Below, piece by piece: positions 1-9,011 of a stretch of DNA of 64,000 nt. The position numbers and the translations under genes were made by a program. This DNA comes from an uncultured delta proteobacterium (GTDB lineage: Bacteria; Desulfobacterota; Desulfobacteria; Desulfobacterales; Desulfosalsimonadaceae), in assembly GCA_963826785.1 (NCBI GenBank), contig CAWGYD010000006.1, positions 864,001 through 928,000 of the forward strand. The letters run 5' to 3'. Position 1 is the first letter of the stretch. The number at the start of each line of letters is the position of its first letter. The notes under the pieces are model-generated. The model was not told the DNA's origin. It did not search any database and was given only the letters and a program-made list of their open reading frames with translations.

Positions 1-2
1 AT

Positions 3-2177
3 CTCCGGGACGAGGAGACCGCCCAGGTATGGTCCCCCACGCCCCTGCCCGCCGGCGTATCGGCGCCGTTTCTGATCCGGCACCGTGCGGGCTGCACCGT
101 ATTTGAGCACCACAGCCACAATCTCAGGCAGCGGGTGCGGATGTTTTGCCCCAAGGATGCGCCGGTCAAGATCATGGAGGTCCGCCTGGAAAATGCCGGG
201 AGGCGTCCGCGTCGGATTACCGCCACCTGCTATGCCGAATGGGTTCTGGGCCCGGACCGGGACGGCATGCAGGCCTATGTGATTCCCGAATACGATGCCG
301 AAAGCCAGGCAATGCTGGCGAAAAATCCCTACAACATCGAATTTGCGGACCGGGTGGCGTTTCTGACCGCCGATAAAGAGCTGCACGGCCTGACCGGCAG
401 CCGCACCGAATTTCTGGGGCGCATGGGAGATTACCGGCATCCGGCGGCACTGTCGCGGATCGGGCTGGCCAGCGCCGTGAGGCCCGGGGATGATCCCTGT
501 GCGGCAGTCCAGGTGCATATCGATCTTCCCCCGGGCGAGACCCGGGAAGTGGCTTTTCTGCTGGGCCAGGGGGCCAACCGGCAGGAATCCCTTCTGCTGA
601 TCCAGAAGTACAAGGCGCCCGGGCGCATCAATGCGGCATTTGCAGAAATGGACGCCTTCTGGGAGGAAGCCCTGTCCGCCGTCACGGTCAAAACGCCCGA
701 TCCGGCGATGGACCTGCTGGTAAACCGCTGGATGCTGTATCAGAATCTTTCCTGCCGGGTGTGGGGCCGCTCGGCCCTTTACCAGTCCAGCGGCGCATTC
801 GGGTTCCGGGACCAGCTCCAGGACGTGATGGGGCTGGTGCATACCCGGCCGGACATTACCCGGGAGCACATCCTGCGCGCCGCCCGCCACCAGTTCGAAG
901 AAGGCGACGTGCTGCACTGGTGGCATCCGCCGTCCGGCCGGGGCGTGCGCACCCGGATTTCCGACGACTTGCTGTGGTTCCCCTTTGTCATCGCCCAGTA
1001 TGTCAAAACCACCGGCGATGCATCGATCCTGGACGAAGAGGCCCCGTTCCTGACCGGCAAGCCGCTGGAACCCGATGAGGAAGAGCGATACGGCCACTAT
1101 GATCGCACACCGGAGACCCACACGATATACGAACACGGCCTCAGGGCCATTGCCAGGGGGAGCACCCGCGGTGTGCACGGCCTGCCGCTGATCGGGGCCG
1201 GCGACTGGAATGACGGCATGAACCGGGTGGGGATCAGGGGCCGGGGGGAAAGCGTCTGGCTGGGTTGGTTTTTACGGGCGGTGCTGGATGAATATGCCCG
1301 GATCTGCCGGCTCAAAGGCGACGTGAGCCGGGCGGAAGCCTTTATCGGGGAGAAGGAGAAACTGCTGGCGCAGCTTGAATCGAGCGCGTGGGACGGCCAG
1401 TGGTATTTGCGTGGATTTTACGACGACGGTGCGCCGCTGGGTGCATCTGCATCCGATGAGTGCCGGATCGATGCCATCGCCCAGTCCTGGTCGGTCATCT
1501 CCGGCCCGGCCGATCCGGAGCGGACGAAAACGGCCATGCAGTCGGTGGATGACCTGCTGGTGCAGCGGCAGAAACAGTTGATTCAGCTGTTCACCCCGCC
1601 CTTCGACCAGACCCCCCGGGATCCGGGCTACATCAAGGGCTATCCTCCGGGAATCCGGGAAAACGGGGGGCAGTACACCCATGCCGCCATATGGACCGTG
1701 TGGGCCTTTGCGCAGATGGGGCAGGGGGATCGCGCCTTTGAGCTGTTTTCCCTGCTAAATCCCGTCCATCATGGCGACACGCCCCAAAAAGTGGAGCAGT
1801 ACAAGGTGGAACCGTATGTGATTGCCGCCGATGTCTACAGCATCCCGCCCCATGCGGGACGGGGCGGCTGGACCTGGTATACCGGATCCGGCGGGTGGAT
1901 GTACCGCCTGGGTGCAGAGGCCATCCTGGGGGTGCAGCGCGAAGGGGACCTGCTGAAAATCAATCCCTGCATTCCCAAAAGCTGGCCGGGGTATGACCTG
2001 TCCTACCGTTTCGGCAAAACGATTTACCGGATCCGGGTGGACAACTCAGCGGGCGTGAACCGGGGGGTAAAAAAGGTCCTCCTTGATGAGCGGGAAATCC
2101 CCGGGGGGAAAATCCCGCTCGAGGATGACGGAAAGGCGCATAACGCGGTCATCTACATGGGCGTGCCCGAAGCATAG
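3..2177 (+). CDS. GH94 glycoside phosphorylase region, 5'-truncated; probably the C-terminus of a cyclic beta-1,2-glucan synthase (NdvB/Cgs-like) or a cellobiose-phosphorylase-family protein
   Basis: Frame open from the window start (LRDEETAQVWSPTP...). GH94 motifs YQSSGAFGFRDQLQD, GDWNDGMN, RENGGQYTHAA, GWTWYTGS. Confidence 0.9.
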   Translation, partial: LRDEETAQVWSPTPLPAGVSAPFLIRHRAGCTVFEHHSHNLRQRVRMFCPKDAPVKIMEVRLENAGRRPRRITATCYAEWVLGPDRDGMQAYVIPEYDAESQAMLAKNPYNIEFADRVAFLTADKELHGLTGSRTEFLGRMGDYRHPAALSRIGLASAVRPGDDPCAAVQVHIDLPPGETREVAFLLGQGANRQESLLLIQKYKAPGRINAAFAEMDAFWEEALSAVTVKTPDPAMDLLVNRWMLYQNLSCRVWGRSALYQSSGAFGFRDQLQDVMGLVHTRPDITREHILRAARHQFEEGDVLHWWHPPSGRGVRTRISDDLLWFPFVIAQYVKTTGDASILDEEAPFLTGKPLEPDEEERYGHYDRTPETHTIYEHGLRAIARGSTRGVHGLPLIGAGDWNDGMNRVGIRGRGESVWLGWFLRAVLDEYARICRLKGDVSRAEAFIGEKEKLLAQLESSAWDGQWYLRGFYDDGAPLGASASDECRIDAIAQSWSVISGPADPERTKTAMQSVDDLLVQRQKQLIQLFTPPFDQTPRDPGYIKGYPPGIRENGGQYTHAAIWTVWAFAQMGQGDRAFELFSLLNPVHHGDTPQKVEQYKVEPYVIAADVYSIPPHAGRGGWTWYTGSGGWMYRLGAEAILGVQREGDLLKINPCIPKSWPGYDLSYRFGKTIYRIRVDNSAGVNRGVKKVLLDEREIPGGKIPLEDDGKAHNAVIYMGVPEA

Positions 2178-2331
2178 GTCCATCTTTCAGGGCTGATCCC
2201 GCAAATTTTCACATTTCCCGAAAGCTCCGTCCGTATGATGCGAATGATGCGAAGATTTGCAGTTGCCTTGCAATCGATGATCTGTTACACGTGCGGGCAG
2301 CAGCGCATCAGATGAACAGGACAGGTGAAAC

Positions 2332-2649
2332 TTGCGAAAAAGGCCCCTCACGCCGGCATACGTTATCTTTTATATCCTGTTTCTGCCCGACACGTGGCGG
2401 ATTCTAACGGGGATCATCATTTCCGTTCTTGCAGTTCCATATATCGTAAAACCCGAAATGGGAACCGGCGCCCGCATCATGCTCTATGTCATGATGACCG
2501 GGATCGGTTATGCCGCCTCGGGCGTCCCCGGCCGCAAAATCGCTTCTCTGTTCAAACGGCTGATCCTGGGCAGCCAGATCCCTCCCCGGCGCCAGGCGCC
2601 TCAAAAGCGGGGCACCCGCAAGGGCGCAAACAAAACCGGGGAAAAATAA
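2332..2649 (+). CDS. Small hypothetical membrane protein
   Basis: 105-aa ORF with 2-3 hydrophobic segments and a basic tail; TTG start uncertain. Confidence 0.6.
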   Translation: MRKRPLTPAYVIFYILFLPDTWRILTGIIISVLAVPYIVKPEMGTGARIMLYVMMTGIGYAASGVPGRKIASLFKRLILGSQIPPRRQAPQKRGTRKGANKTGEK

Positions 2650-2653
2650 TCTT

Positions 2654-4615
2654 TCAGTCCCCACTGACCGGATACTGATTCAGACGTTCTTCGATCATCT
2701 GCCTCAGGCTGTTGACGGGCGCCGATCGCAGACGGTCGAGAACGCCTTCCCACCGGCATCGGATGCCGCCCCATTCACCGGAGCGATTTTCAAATAAATG
2801 GATAAGGCCCGCATCGGCATCATCGAGGAGTGCCTGCATGCGACGGATTTCCGATTCCAGTCCGCCTGAAAAGGCATCCACGGCGGCTTTGCAGGCGGTT
2901 TCCGCCATTTCCTGGCGCCTTGCCCTGTTGATATGAACCGCCATTTGATCGGCGCAATGGGCAGCCCAGCGGGTCAGCGGTGAGGTCCAGTCATTGAATG
3001 ATCCGGTGGTTTCGATCATCACCAGGTTGCAGGGGATGCCCCCGGGGTCCAGCTGGATCACCTCGTCGCCGTCATCGAAATAGAGCCTGCCGGTCCGCGG
3101 GTCGGTCCGGCCCAGGACCAGGCTGTCTGCGGCGGCCCGGCCCAGCAGATCGGCCAGCCGGATGATGAAATTATCGCCTTCGTAGAGAAACGGTGATATC
3201 CGGCAGGTCACCACCCCGGGCACATAGTCGCGCTCGAAATAATACACCGGGATAATATCTGAATCGCATGCGTCTTCGATGCAGATTTCTTCATAATGCA
3301 CAATGGGCAGTCTCAGCGCCCGGGCCGCGGTATGGCGGTCAATGATGTAGTCCCGGTATTTTCGCGTTTCGGATACCGCCTGGGCCAGGGGGATGCCTTT
3401 TTTCAGACGGTGCCGGACATCCCATTTGCTCATCCGGATATGGCGGATCTCTTTTGCGCCGCCGGCCCGCTCCAGGGCGACGATGTAAACCTCCCGCTCC
3501 TCGCCGGTCCGATCTCTTTCGGTCAGCGGCGATTCGATCCGGCCCACGTTTATGGATATGCAGTCGTTGCGCGTAGAGGTAAAATGCAGGATCAGGCGCC
3601 TGACCCGGGGATCGGATGCGGGATCGAAAACCGCCTCACCGGCAATGATCCGGGCGCCGGAAAGCCATCTGATATTGAGGTAGAACTCGGGGCCGAGGCC
3701 CAACGACCATTCCGAAGTGGTCTGCTCATCGATATTGAAGAGGCGGCTCATCATGGCCAGCCGCCAGGCATCGCAATGGGTATCGTCGCTGGTCAGCCCC
3801 GGGCCGGCGATTTGGGAAAATCGGGTCAGAAGCTGGTCAAACAACGCTTCTGCGCCGGCATCCGCGGCAGGGTCGGCCTTTTCCAGCAGTTGCAGAACAT
3901 CTTCTAAAATTTGTATTTCCATTGCCTGATCCGACGCCACCAGAAAGGTTATCTCCGGATAGCCCTGGGCGTTGATGAGCCGGCTGAATTCCAGGATTTC
4001 CCTGATCCGGAGGGCGGCCTGATCGGGGGCGGTGCGCAGCAGCGGTTTAATTTTGGAGAATTCGGCGAGGGTGAGGATGTGCTCGCCCGTGTGTTTATTG
4101 TGGTAATAAAGGGTGTCGGTGCCGATGCGGACCCGGCAGTTTTGGATCAGCTGGTCGAAATCCGTTTGATGCACCGGGGCCGAAGAAAACCGCCAGATTT
4201 CGCCGCGGCGCGCCAGCGCCTCCCGGACCTGGGCCTGGTGCAGGCCGGTAAACCGGATACACTCCCTGGGGTAGATTTCCTGGAGCAGTTCATCGGCCAG
4301 AAAAACCCGTTCCATTCTGTACGGGTCGGTCCGGATGATGATGCAGGCGTTTCTGACATGGAGCGCCACTGCATCCCGGCAGATTGCGTCAATCCGATCG
4401 ATGCCGGTCTCTTCGGGTTGTTCGTTCTGCAGATATTCCAGGGCCCGGTGAATCTGCATGGCGTGTATGCCCTGGCCGGTGACGATCAGGCGGTGGCAGG
4501 GGAAAACCGTGGCAATGGCGTTTGCGGGCGCACCCTGCTCTGTGCGGCAGAGGAGATCGTCTCCGATAACGGTGATGGCTTTGTTCACGTGTTTTTGGAT
4601 GACCGATAAATCCAT
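2654..4615 (-). CDS. Hypothetical protein, 653 aa
   Basis: Long ORF with ordinary globular composition; no family motif confidently recognised. Confidence 0.8.
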   Translation of the reverse strand: MDLSVIQKHVNKAITVIGDDLLCRTEQGAPANAIATVFPCHRLIVTGQGIHAMQIHRALEYLQNEQPEETGIDRIDAICRDAVALHVRNACIIIRTDPYRMERVFLADELLQEIYPRECIRFTGLHQAQVREALARRGEIWRFSSAPVHQTDFDQLIQNCRVRIGTDTLYYHNKHTGEHILTLAEFSKIKPLLRTAPDQAALRIREILEFSRLINAQGYPEITFLVASDQAMEIQILEDVLQLLEKADPAADAGAEALFDQLLTRFSQIAGPGLTSDDTHCDAWRLAMMSRLFNIDEQTTSEWSLGLGPEFYLNIRWLSGARIIAGEAVFDPASDPRVRRLILHFTSTRNDCISINVGRIESPLTERDRTGEEREVYIVALERAGGAKEIRHIRMSKWDVRHRLKKGIPLAQAVSETRKYRDYIIDRHTAARALRLPIVHYEEICIEDACDSDIIPVYYFERDYVPGVVTCRISPFLYEGDNFIIRLADLLGRAAADSLVLGRTDPRTGRLYFDDGDEVIQLDPGGIPCNLVMIETTGSFNDWTSPLTRWAAHCADQMAVHINRARRQEMAETACKAAVDAFSGGLESEIRRMQALLDDADAGLIHLFENRSGEWGGIRCRWEGVLDRLRSAPVNSLRQMIEERLNQYPVSGD

Positions 4616-4753
4616 GCCCGATACGCCCTTGTGGAATAATCATCACGCCCTTGTTGGGGCCCGCCCACTGAAATCCTGTTTAGAAAGATAGTGCACAGGA
4701 GCTGAAAATCAAAGGAAATTTCATCCGGAAGGGCAGCCCATGGGCTTGATTGT

Positions 4754-5797
4754 TCAGGCGATTTTAGAAATCCGGCGGTTGCGGCGTTTGTCCTCCTTGA
4801 CCCGGTAGAGGCGCTCGTCCGCTTTTTTGACCAGCAGGTCCGGCTGTCCCGGGGCACTATCCGCCATGGATGCGACGCCATGACTGACGGCCAGATGGAA
4901 AAGCGCACCGGTGGTGAACAGGGGATGGCGGTCGAGATAATCCTGAACGCGTTTCATGAAGGCATCAGCCATCTCCGGGGGCGTTTCCGGCAGGATCACC
5001 ACGAATTCGTCTCCGGCAAATCGGGCCACGATATCTTCTTTCCGCGAAAGCCCGGTCAGCGCGTCCGCCACATATTTGAGGGCCATGTCCCCGGTTTCAT
5101 GGCCGAAGCCGTCGTTGATGTCCTTGAATGCATCCACATCCATGAACACCAGCGACAAGGGCTGACCGTGGCGGGCGCAGCGGCTGGTTTCCCGCTCCAG
5201 TTCGGCCTCAAAGGCCCGGCGGTTCAACAGGTTGGTAAGCGGATCATGGTACGCATAGAAGCGAAGCTTTTCATGGGCGGCGACATTGGACAGGCACAGG
5301 GAGATCTTGAGCATCAACTGCTCCAGATAGGAGGTATCCATGTCCGGCTCGTAGCGGGCAGGGTCGGTGTCCCCCTGGTTGAGGCTGCCCACCACCTCGC
5401 CGTCGATGGTGACCGGGGTGAGGGCCAGCGACCGGATGGATGATATGCGGCCGTCAGGAAAAAACGATCGGCAGTGCGCCATGTCGCTGTTGAACAGCAG
5501 GGGGCGGCCCTGCGCCCCGATGATCGCATCGAAATCGCTTTTTTTGATGAAGCAGGTGGTTTTGCCGATGATTTCGGAATCATTGAGCTGGCGGATCAGG
5601 TCGGCCAGGTGGCTTTCTTCGATCACTGTCAGCCAGACCCGGGGAACATCGAAAATACCGGCCATTTCAGTGATCAGGCATTCGAAAAAATCCCTGAAGT
5701 TCAGAGTGGCGATCATCCGCGATTCCAGCAGGTTGAACTTGCGGTGAATCTGTTCGTTTTCACGTAACCGTTCATAAATGACATCGATCTGTGACAT
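4754..5797 (-). CDS. GAF-like (DUF484-type) diguanylate cyclase
   Basis: HDPLTNLLNRR, DVDAFKDINDGFGHETGD, I-site RKED, active site RFAGDEF; N-terminal GAF-like region. Confidence 0.9.
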   Translation of the reverse strand: MSQIDVIYERLRENEQIHRKFNLLESRMIATLNFRDFFECLITEMAGIFDVPRVWLTVIEESHLADLIRQLNDSEIIGKTTCFIKKSDFDAIIGAQGRPLLFNSDMAHCRSFFPDGRISSIRSLALTPVTIDGEVVGSLNQGDTDPARYEPDMDTSYLEQLMLKISLCLSNVAAHEKLRFYAYHDPLTNLLNRRAFEAELERETSRCARHGQPLSLVFMDVDAFKDINDGFGHETGDMALKYVADALTGLSRKEDIVARFAGDEFVVILPETPPEMADAFMKRVQDYLDRHPLFTTGALFHLAVSHGVASMADSAPGQPDLLVKKADERLYRVKEDKRRNRRISKIA

Positions 5798-5973
5798 CGG
5801 ATCCTCCCGGGCTGCGTGCTCACCATCGCAGGGACGTAAAAAAAGCGCAGTTCATTCGGTGTTCTTCCGAATTTTATATCCTCACCGCCGCCACCGCAGC
5901 GCCTTGCGCTCGGGTATTCCTGCGGCCCTGAATACCGGATCTGCACTTTTTCCGGTCATGCGCCAAATAAGAC

Positions 5974-5991
5974 TTGCAAATTATATACCAA
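5974..5991 (-). promoter_or_regulatory. Sigma-54 (-24/-12) promoter for the diguanylate cyclase gene
   Basis: Minus strand TTGGTATATAATTTGCAA: GG-N10-GC with TTGCA, about 175 nt upstream of the start codon. Confidence 0.7.
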
Positions 5992-6352
5992 ATAAGCCTT
6001 TGAAAATAAAGCAATTTTTATTGGTCCGAAGCGGCATGGATGAAATCATAGATGTGAAAAAAAATAAGCAAATTGGAACCGAATCCGGGCTGATTTTCAA
6101 GTTGTAAATCTGACCGGGTAGATCGGCGACAGGGAGGCCAGGAAGAAAAGGACAAGAACGGGCAGGGATCGGGTGTGATCTAAAGTAGACGGGCGTGCAG
6201 AAAAAGTCATGGGCGCGGCAGGCCGGCTTCCGATTTCATGCTTTTTCCTTGGGCGTTCAAGGCAAGCGCCGTCGGCCTGCGTATCGCCTTCTCACGTATT
6301 AACCGGCACCCTTTGCTGGCCGGATTTCATCATCAGCTGGAATACGCCGGTA

Positions 6353-6643
6353 TTATTTTGGAAAGTATTTGACGGCCCGGCGGAAATCGTCATTGAGGTC
6401 GGTCAGCAGTTGATCATAATGAACCCGCATTTTCTGCTGGTCTTTTTCGCCGGCCTGCTCCATGTGGGTGACCACCTGCTGGATATTCGTGTTGTTTTTA
6501 TCGATCCGATCCATCAATTCGGTGAAATCGGCCCGGTGCTCGTCATTGAGCTGACTCGATTTGGATCGTATTTCAGCAAGCTGGGACGAAATCTGGCCCA
6601 TCTGCATCTTGATATCTTTTAAGGAGACTTTATTGGATGTCAT
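6353..6643 (-). CDS. Small coiled-coil protein (resembles sll1863-type stress proteins); paralog of 7105..7389
   Basis: Helical heptad pattern; C-terminus QLLTDLNDDFRRAVKYF. Confidence 0.7.
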   Translation of the reverse strand: MTSNKVSLKDIKMQMGQISSQLAEIRSKSSQLNDEHRADFTELMDRIDKNNTNIQQVVTHMEQAGEKDQQKMRVHYDQLLTDLNDDFRRAVKYFPK

Positions 6644-6689
6644 CTTTTGGTTCCTTTCAATTTGTCATCTGATGCCAGTGAGGTCCTGT

Positions 6690-7088
6690 TCAGGTGATGT
6701 AAAAGAGAATGATGGCCGATAGAAGCGCCAGGACCAAAATCCAGAAAAAAATGCTGAAGGCTTTTTCCGCTTCGGTTTCCCGTATATTTTGCTCGATGGC
6801 TTCCTTCCGGGTCCGGGGTCGGCCCCGCGGCGCCAGCGCCATGACCAGAAGGGAGACCAGAATGGCCACCACGAAAAACGGCAGAAGGTAAATACCGAAA
6901 TATTGGGGTCCCAGCGGTTTGAGCCATATCCCGCCGGCCCAGGCAACCAGAAAGATCAGCACGAACAAAAAGACCATGTTGGTGCTGAAAAGCGTGTCCC
7001 CGGGCCGCCGCCGGCCCAGCGCCGCCGTAATCGACAGGCTCAGAACCAGGGCCAGCATCAAAGCGAACAGGATTTCAAATATCAACAT
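6690..7088 (-). CDS. Hypothetical membrane protein (about 4 TM)
   Basis: Four hydrophobic stretches in 132 aa. Confidence 0.8.
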   Translation of the reverse strand: MLIFEILFALMLALVLSLSITAALGRRRPGDTLFSTNMVFLFVLIFLVAWAGGIWLKPLGPQYFGIYLLPFFVVAILVSLLVMALAPRGRPRTRKEAIEQNIRETEAEKAFSIFFWILVLALLSAIILFYIT

Positions 7089-7104
7089 GGTCGATGTTTA
7101 ATGT

Positions 7105-7389
7105 TTAATGATAGTATGACAATGCATCCCGGTAGTTCTCATTGAGATCGGCCAGCAGGTTTTCAATTTCCGACCTCAACCGGGAATGGTCGACTTCACC
7201 TCCTTTTTCGAATTTAACGATGATATTCTGAATTTCTTCATTTTTCGCATTGATCTGTTTCATGAGATCAAGAAACTCGGATTTGGTTTGCGGATCGAGT
7301 TTTTCGCCCCGGTTTTCCAGCTCGGAAATTTTTTCCTTCCATGCTTCGATTTGCCTTACCAGGTCCTCCTCGTATCTTCTATGGGGCAT
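7105..7389 (-). CDS. Small coiled-coil protein (resembles sll1863-type stress proteins)
   Basis: Strong RBS AAGGAGG; pattern YEEDLVRQIEAWKEKISELE...NLLADLNENYRDALSYY. Confidence 0.75.
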   Translation of the reverse strand: MPHRRYEEDLVRQIEAWKEKISELENRGEKLDPQTKSEFLDLMKQINAKNEEIQNIIVKFEKGGEVDHSRLRSEIENLLADLNENYRDALSYYH

Positions 7390-7483
7390 AATAACCTCCT
7401 TTCATCATGCTAAAAACCAGCCGGGGTGCTTAAAATAGCCCCTTGGCCGCGGTATCCGGATGAGCTATCCTTTTGCTTCCGGA

Positions 7484-7882
7484 TCAGAATTCGATGAAGG
7501 GCTCTTCCTCGATGTAGGCATCGGAAGTCTCGTCTTCATTTTTGGATACATTGGTCTGAAGACCGAACGCGCGGATATTTTCGTCATCCGCAAAGGGGAG
7601 GGAATAGGTGGTGGAATCCGGAAATTCCCCTTCCGCCGACTGGAAGTAGGTCACCGTCACTTGCCGGGGAGGGGCGGTAATTTCGATGATATCCTCCAGA
7701 TAAACGATGGCGACGTTTTTAAAGGGCGATTCCCCATTGGCGTTTTTGATGTCGGTGATGTATTGCCTGAACTGATCCGTCGCCCGTTCAGGACCGTCTG
7801 ATTCGACGATACAGGTGAAGTATCCATGACGAAGCTTGTCTTCTTCAAATTCATCAAAGGAAAAATAACCAAGATATAACAT
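7484..7882 (-). CDS. Acidic hypothetical protein
   Basis: RBS GAAGGAG before ATG at 7882 (MLYLGYFSFDE...). Confidence 0.75.
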   Translation of the reverse strand: MLYLGYFSFDEFEEDKLRHGYFTCIVESDGPERATDQFRQYITDIKNANGESPFKNVAIVYLEDIIEITAPPRQVTVTYFQSAEGEFPDSTTYSLPFADDENIRAFGLQTNVSKNEDETSDAYIEEEPFIEF

Positions 7883-8100
7883 TTCCGGCTCCTTCTGCGC
7901 ATATCTGATGGTGGTGGACAGGCCGGCCATTCCCGCCTCTGTAAAATAATTTAATCACGATGGATGAAAAATCCAAAAACTCGACGTTACGGTGGATTTT
8001 GAATGGCCCTGAAAAACAAATCCGCTCTGCAATGATCAGCGGATCAGAATCGGCCGTTTCGGCAGTGTGCAACAACCGGATGACGACATTGATTATTTCA

Positions 8101-8433
8101 TCATATCGCCTTTGCCACAGGTATCAGGGGGTAGTGCCTGCGGGCCGTGACCTGGCCGATGGCCTCCTTCAACTGCCGCAGAACCTGAATGCCCGCGTAG
8201 AAAAACACGAACAATGGCAGGTTCGGCCATTTTTGCTTCAATTGATGGAAAAGGTCCCAGGTTCGGTTCACATCCGGAAAATAATTGATAATCGCCATGT
8301 CGTAAACAGAATAATCTGAATTATCCGGATCGCTGTCTTTCTGGATTGCAACCGTGTATCCCGAATTCTTTAAGAAGTGACGCAGGTAATTTCTGCGTTC
8401 CCTGTTGTTGTCGATGATCAGTATATATGCCAT
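8101..8433 (-). CDS. Atypical, truncated response-regulator receiver domain
   Basis: ILIIDNN...LKNSGYTV...YDMAIINY...PNLPLFVF follows the REC beta1-beta4 pattern; the phospho-acceptor Asp is replaced by Asn. Confidence 0.65.
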   Translation of the reverse strand: MAYILIIDNNRERRNYLRHFLKNSGYTVAIQKDSDPDNSDYSVYDMAIINYFPDVNRTWDLFHQLKQKWPNLPLFVFFYAGIQVLRQLKEAIGQVTARRHYPLIPVAKAI

Positions 8434-8441
8434 ATTCAACC

Positions 8442-8750
8442 TTATAAAAGGGTATCAACAGACGGCACCGCCGTATCGGGAAGGCAATGCCGCGCTTCGA
8501 CGCCCCTTGAAATCAAAATGTTTTTACCCCGATGATACTGAATTCTTCCGTCTTTTAAAAACAGGCGCCAGCCGTTTAGATGATACATGGAAACCCCGCG
8601 GGTGTGCACATGGATCCACCGGTAGGAATCGATGCGGGAATCAATGACCTCCCTGAGCGAAGCGGCTGCACCCACATCGAAGGGACCGCTGAGGTACAGG
8701 TGAAGGGTTTCGCCCTTTACTCTCGGCCAGATATAAAATTTCTGTTTCAT
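8442..8750 (-). CDS. Degenerate STAS (anti-anti-sigma-like) domain protein
   Basis: LYLSGPFDVGAAASLREVI...IHVHTRGVSMYHLNG matches the STAS pattern but lacks the DSSG serine motif. Confidence 0.55.
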   Translation of the reverse strand: MKQKFYIWPRVKGETLHLYLSGPFDVGAAASLREVIDSRIDSYRWIHVHTRGVSMYHLNGWRLFLKDGRIQYHRGKNILISRGVEARHCLPDTAVPSVDTLL

Positions 8751-8871
8751 GAAGGCATCCTGTGTGTTGTGGCAGACGGGAGTGTCTGCGCGATATATTT
8801 CGGAGTGCAGCATTGAAGCCGTTCTGACCAAATTTAAGGGCTATATTACCACCGTGCATCGGGGCCACAAA

Positions 8872-8887
8872 TACGGGAAAACCCCTA
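8872..8887. promoter_or_regulatory. Palindromic box TACGGG-AAAA-CCCCTA
   Basis: Flanked by aaa/ttt in a divergent promoter region; the motif recurs elsewhere in the window. Confidence 0.6.
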
Positions 8888-9011
8888 TTTTGAATGCGAT
8901 ATTCATGTAGTCGGAAAAGTACGCCTTTGAAAGTTTGGGGCATGGTGTCTATATTCGATATGCCGGGTGTTGAATACAAAGGCGAAAAGAAATTTCAGGA
9001 AAGGAGCAGGC

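Noticed and set aside
2201..2260. 9-bp duplication ATGATGCGA x2 within an imperfect inverted repeat
   Set aside because: Only two copies with no spacers; not CRISPR- or IS-like.
6128..6175. Cluster of GGA motifs resembling a CsrA-sequestering sRNA
   Set aside because: Few motifs, not in hairpin loops, and no terminator.
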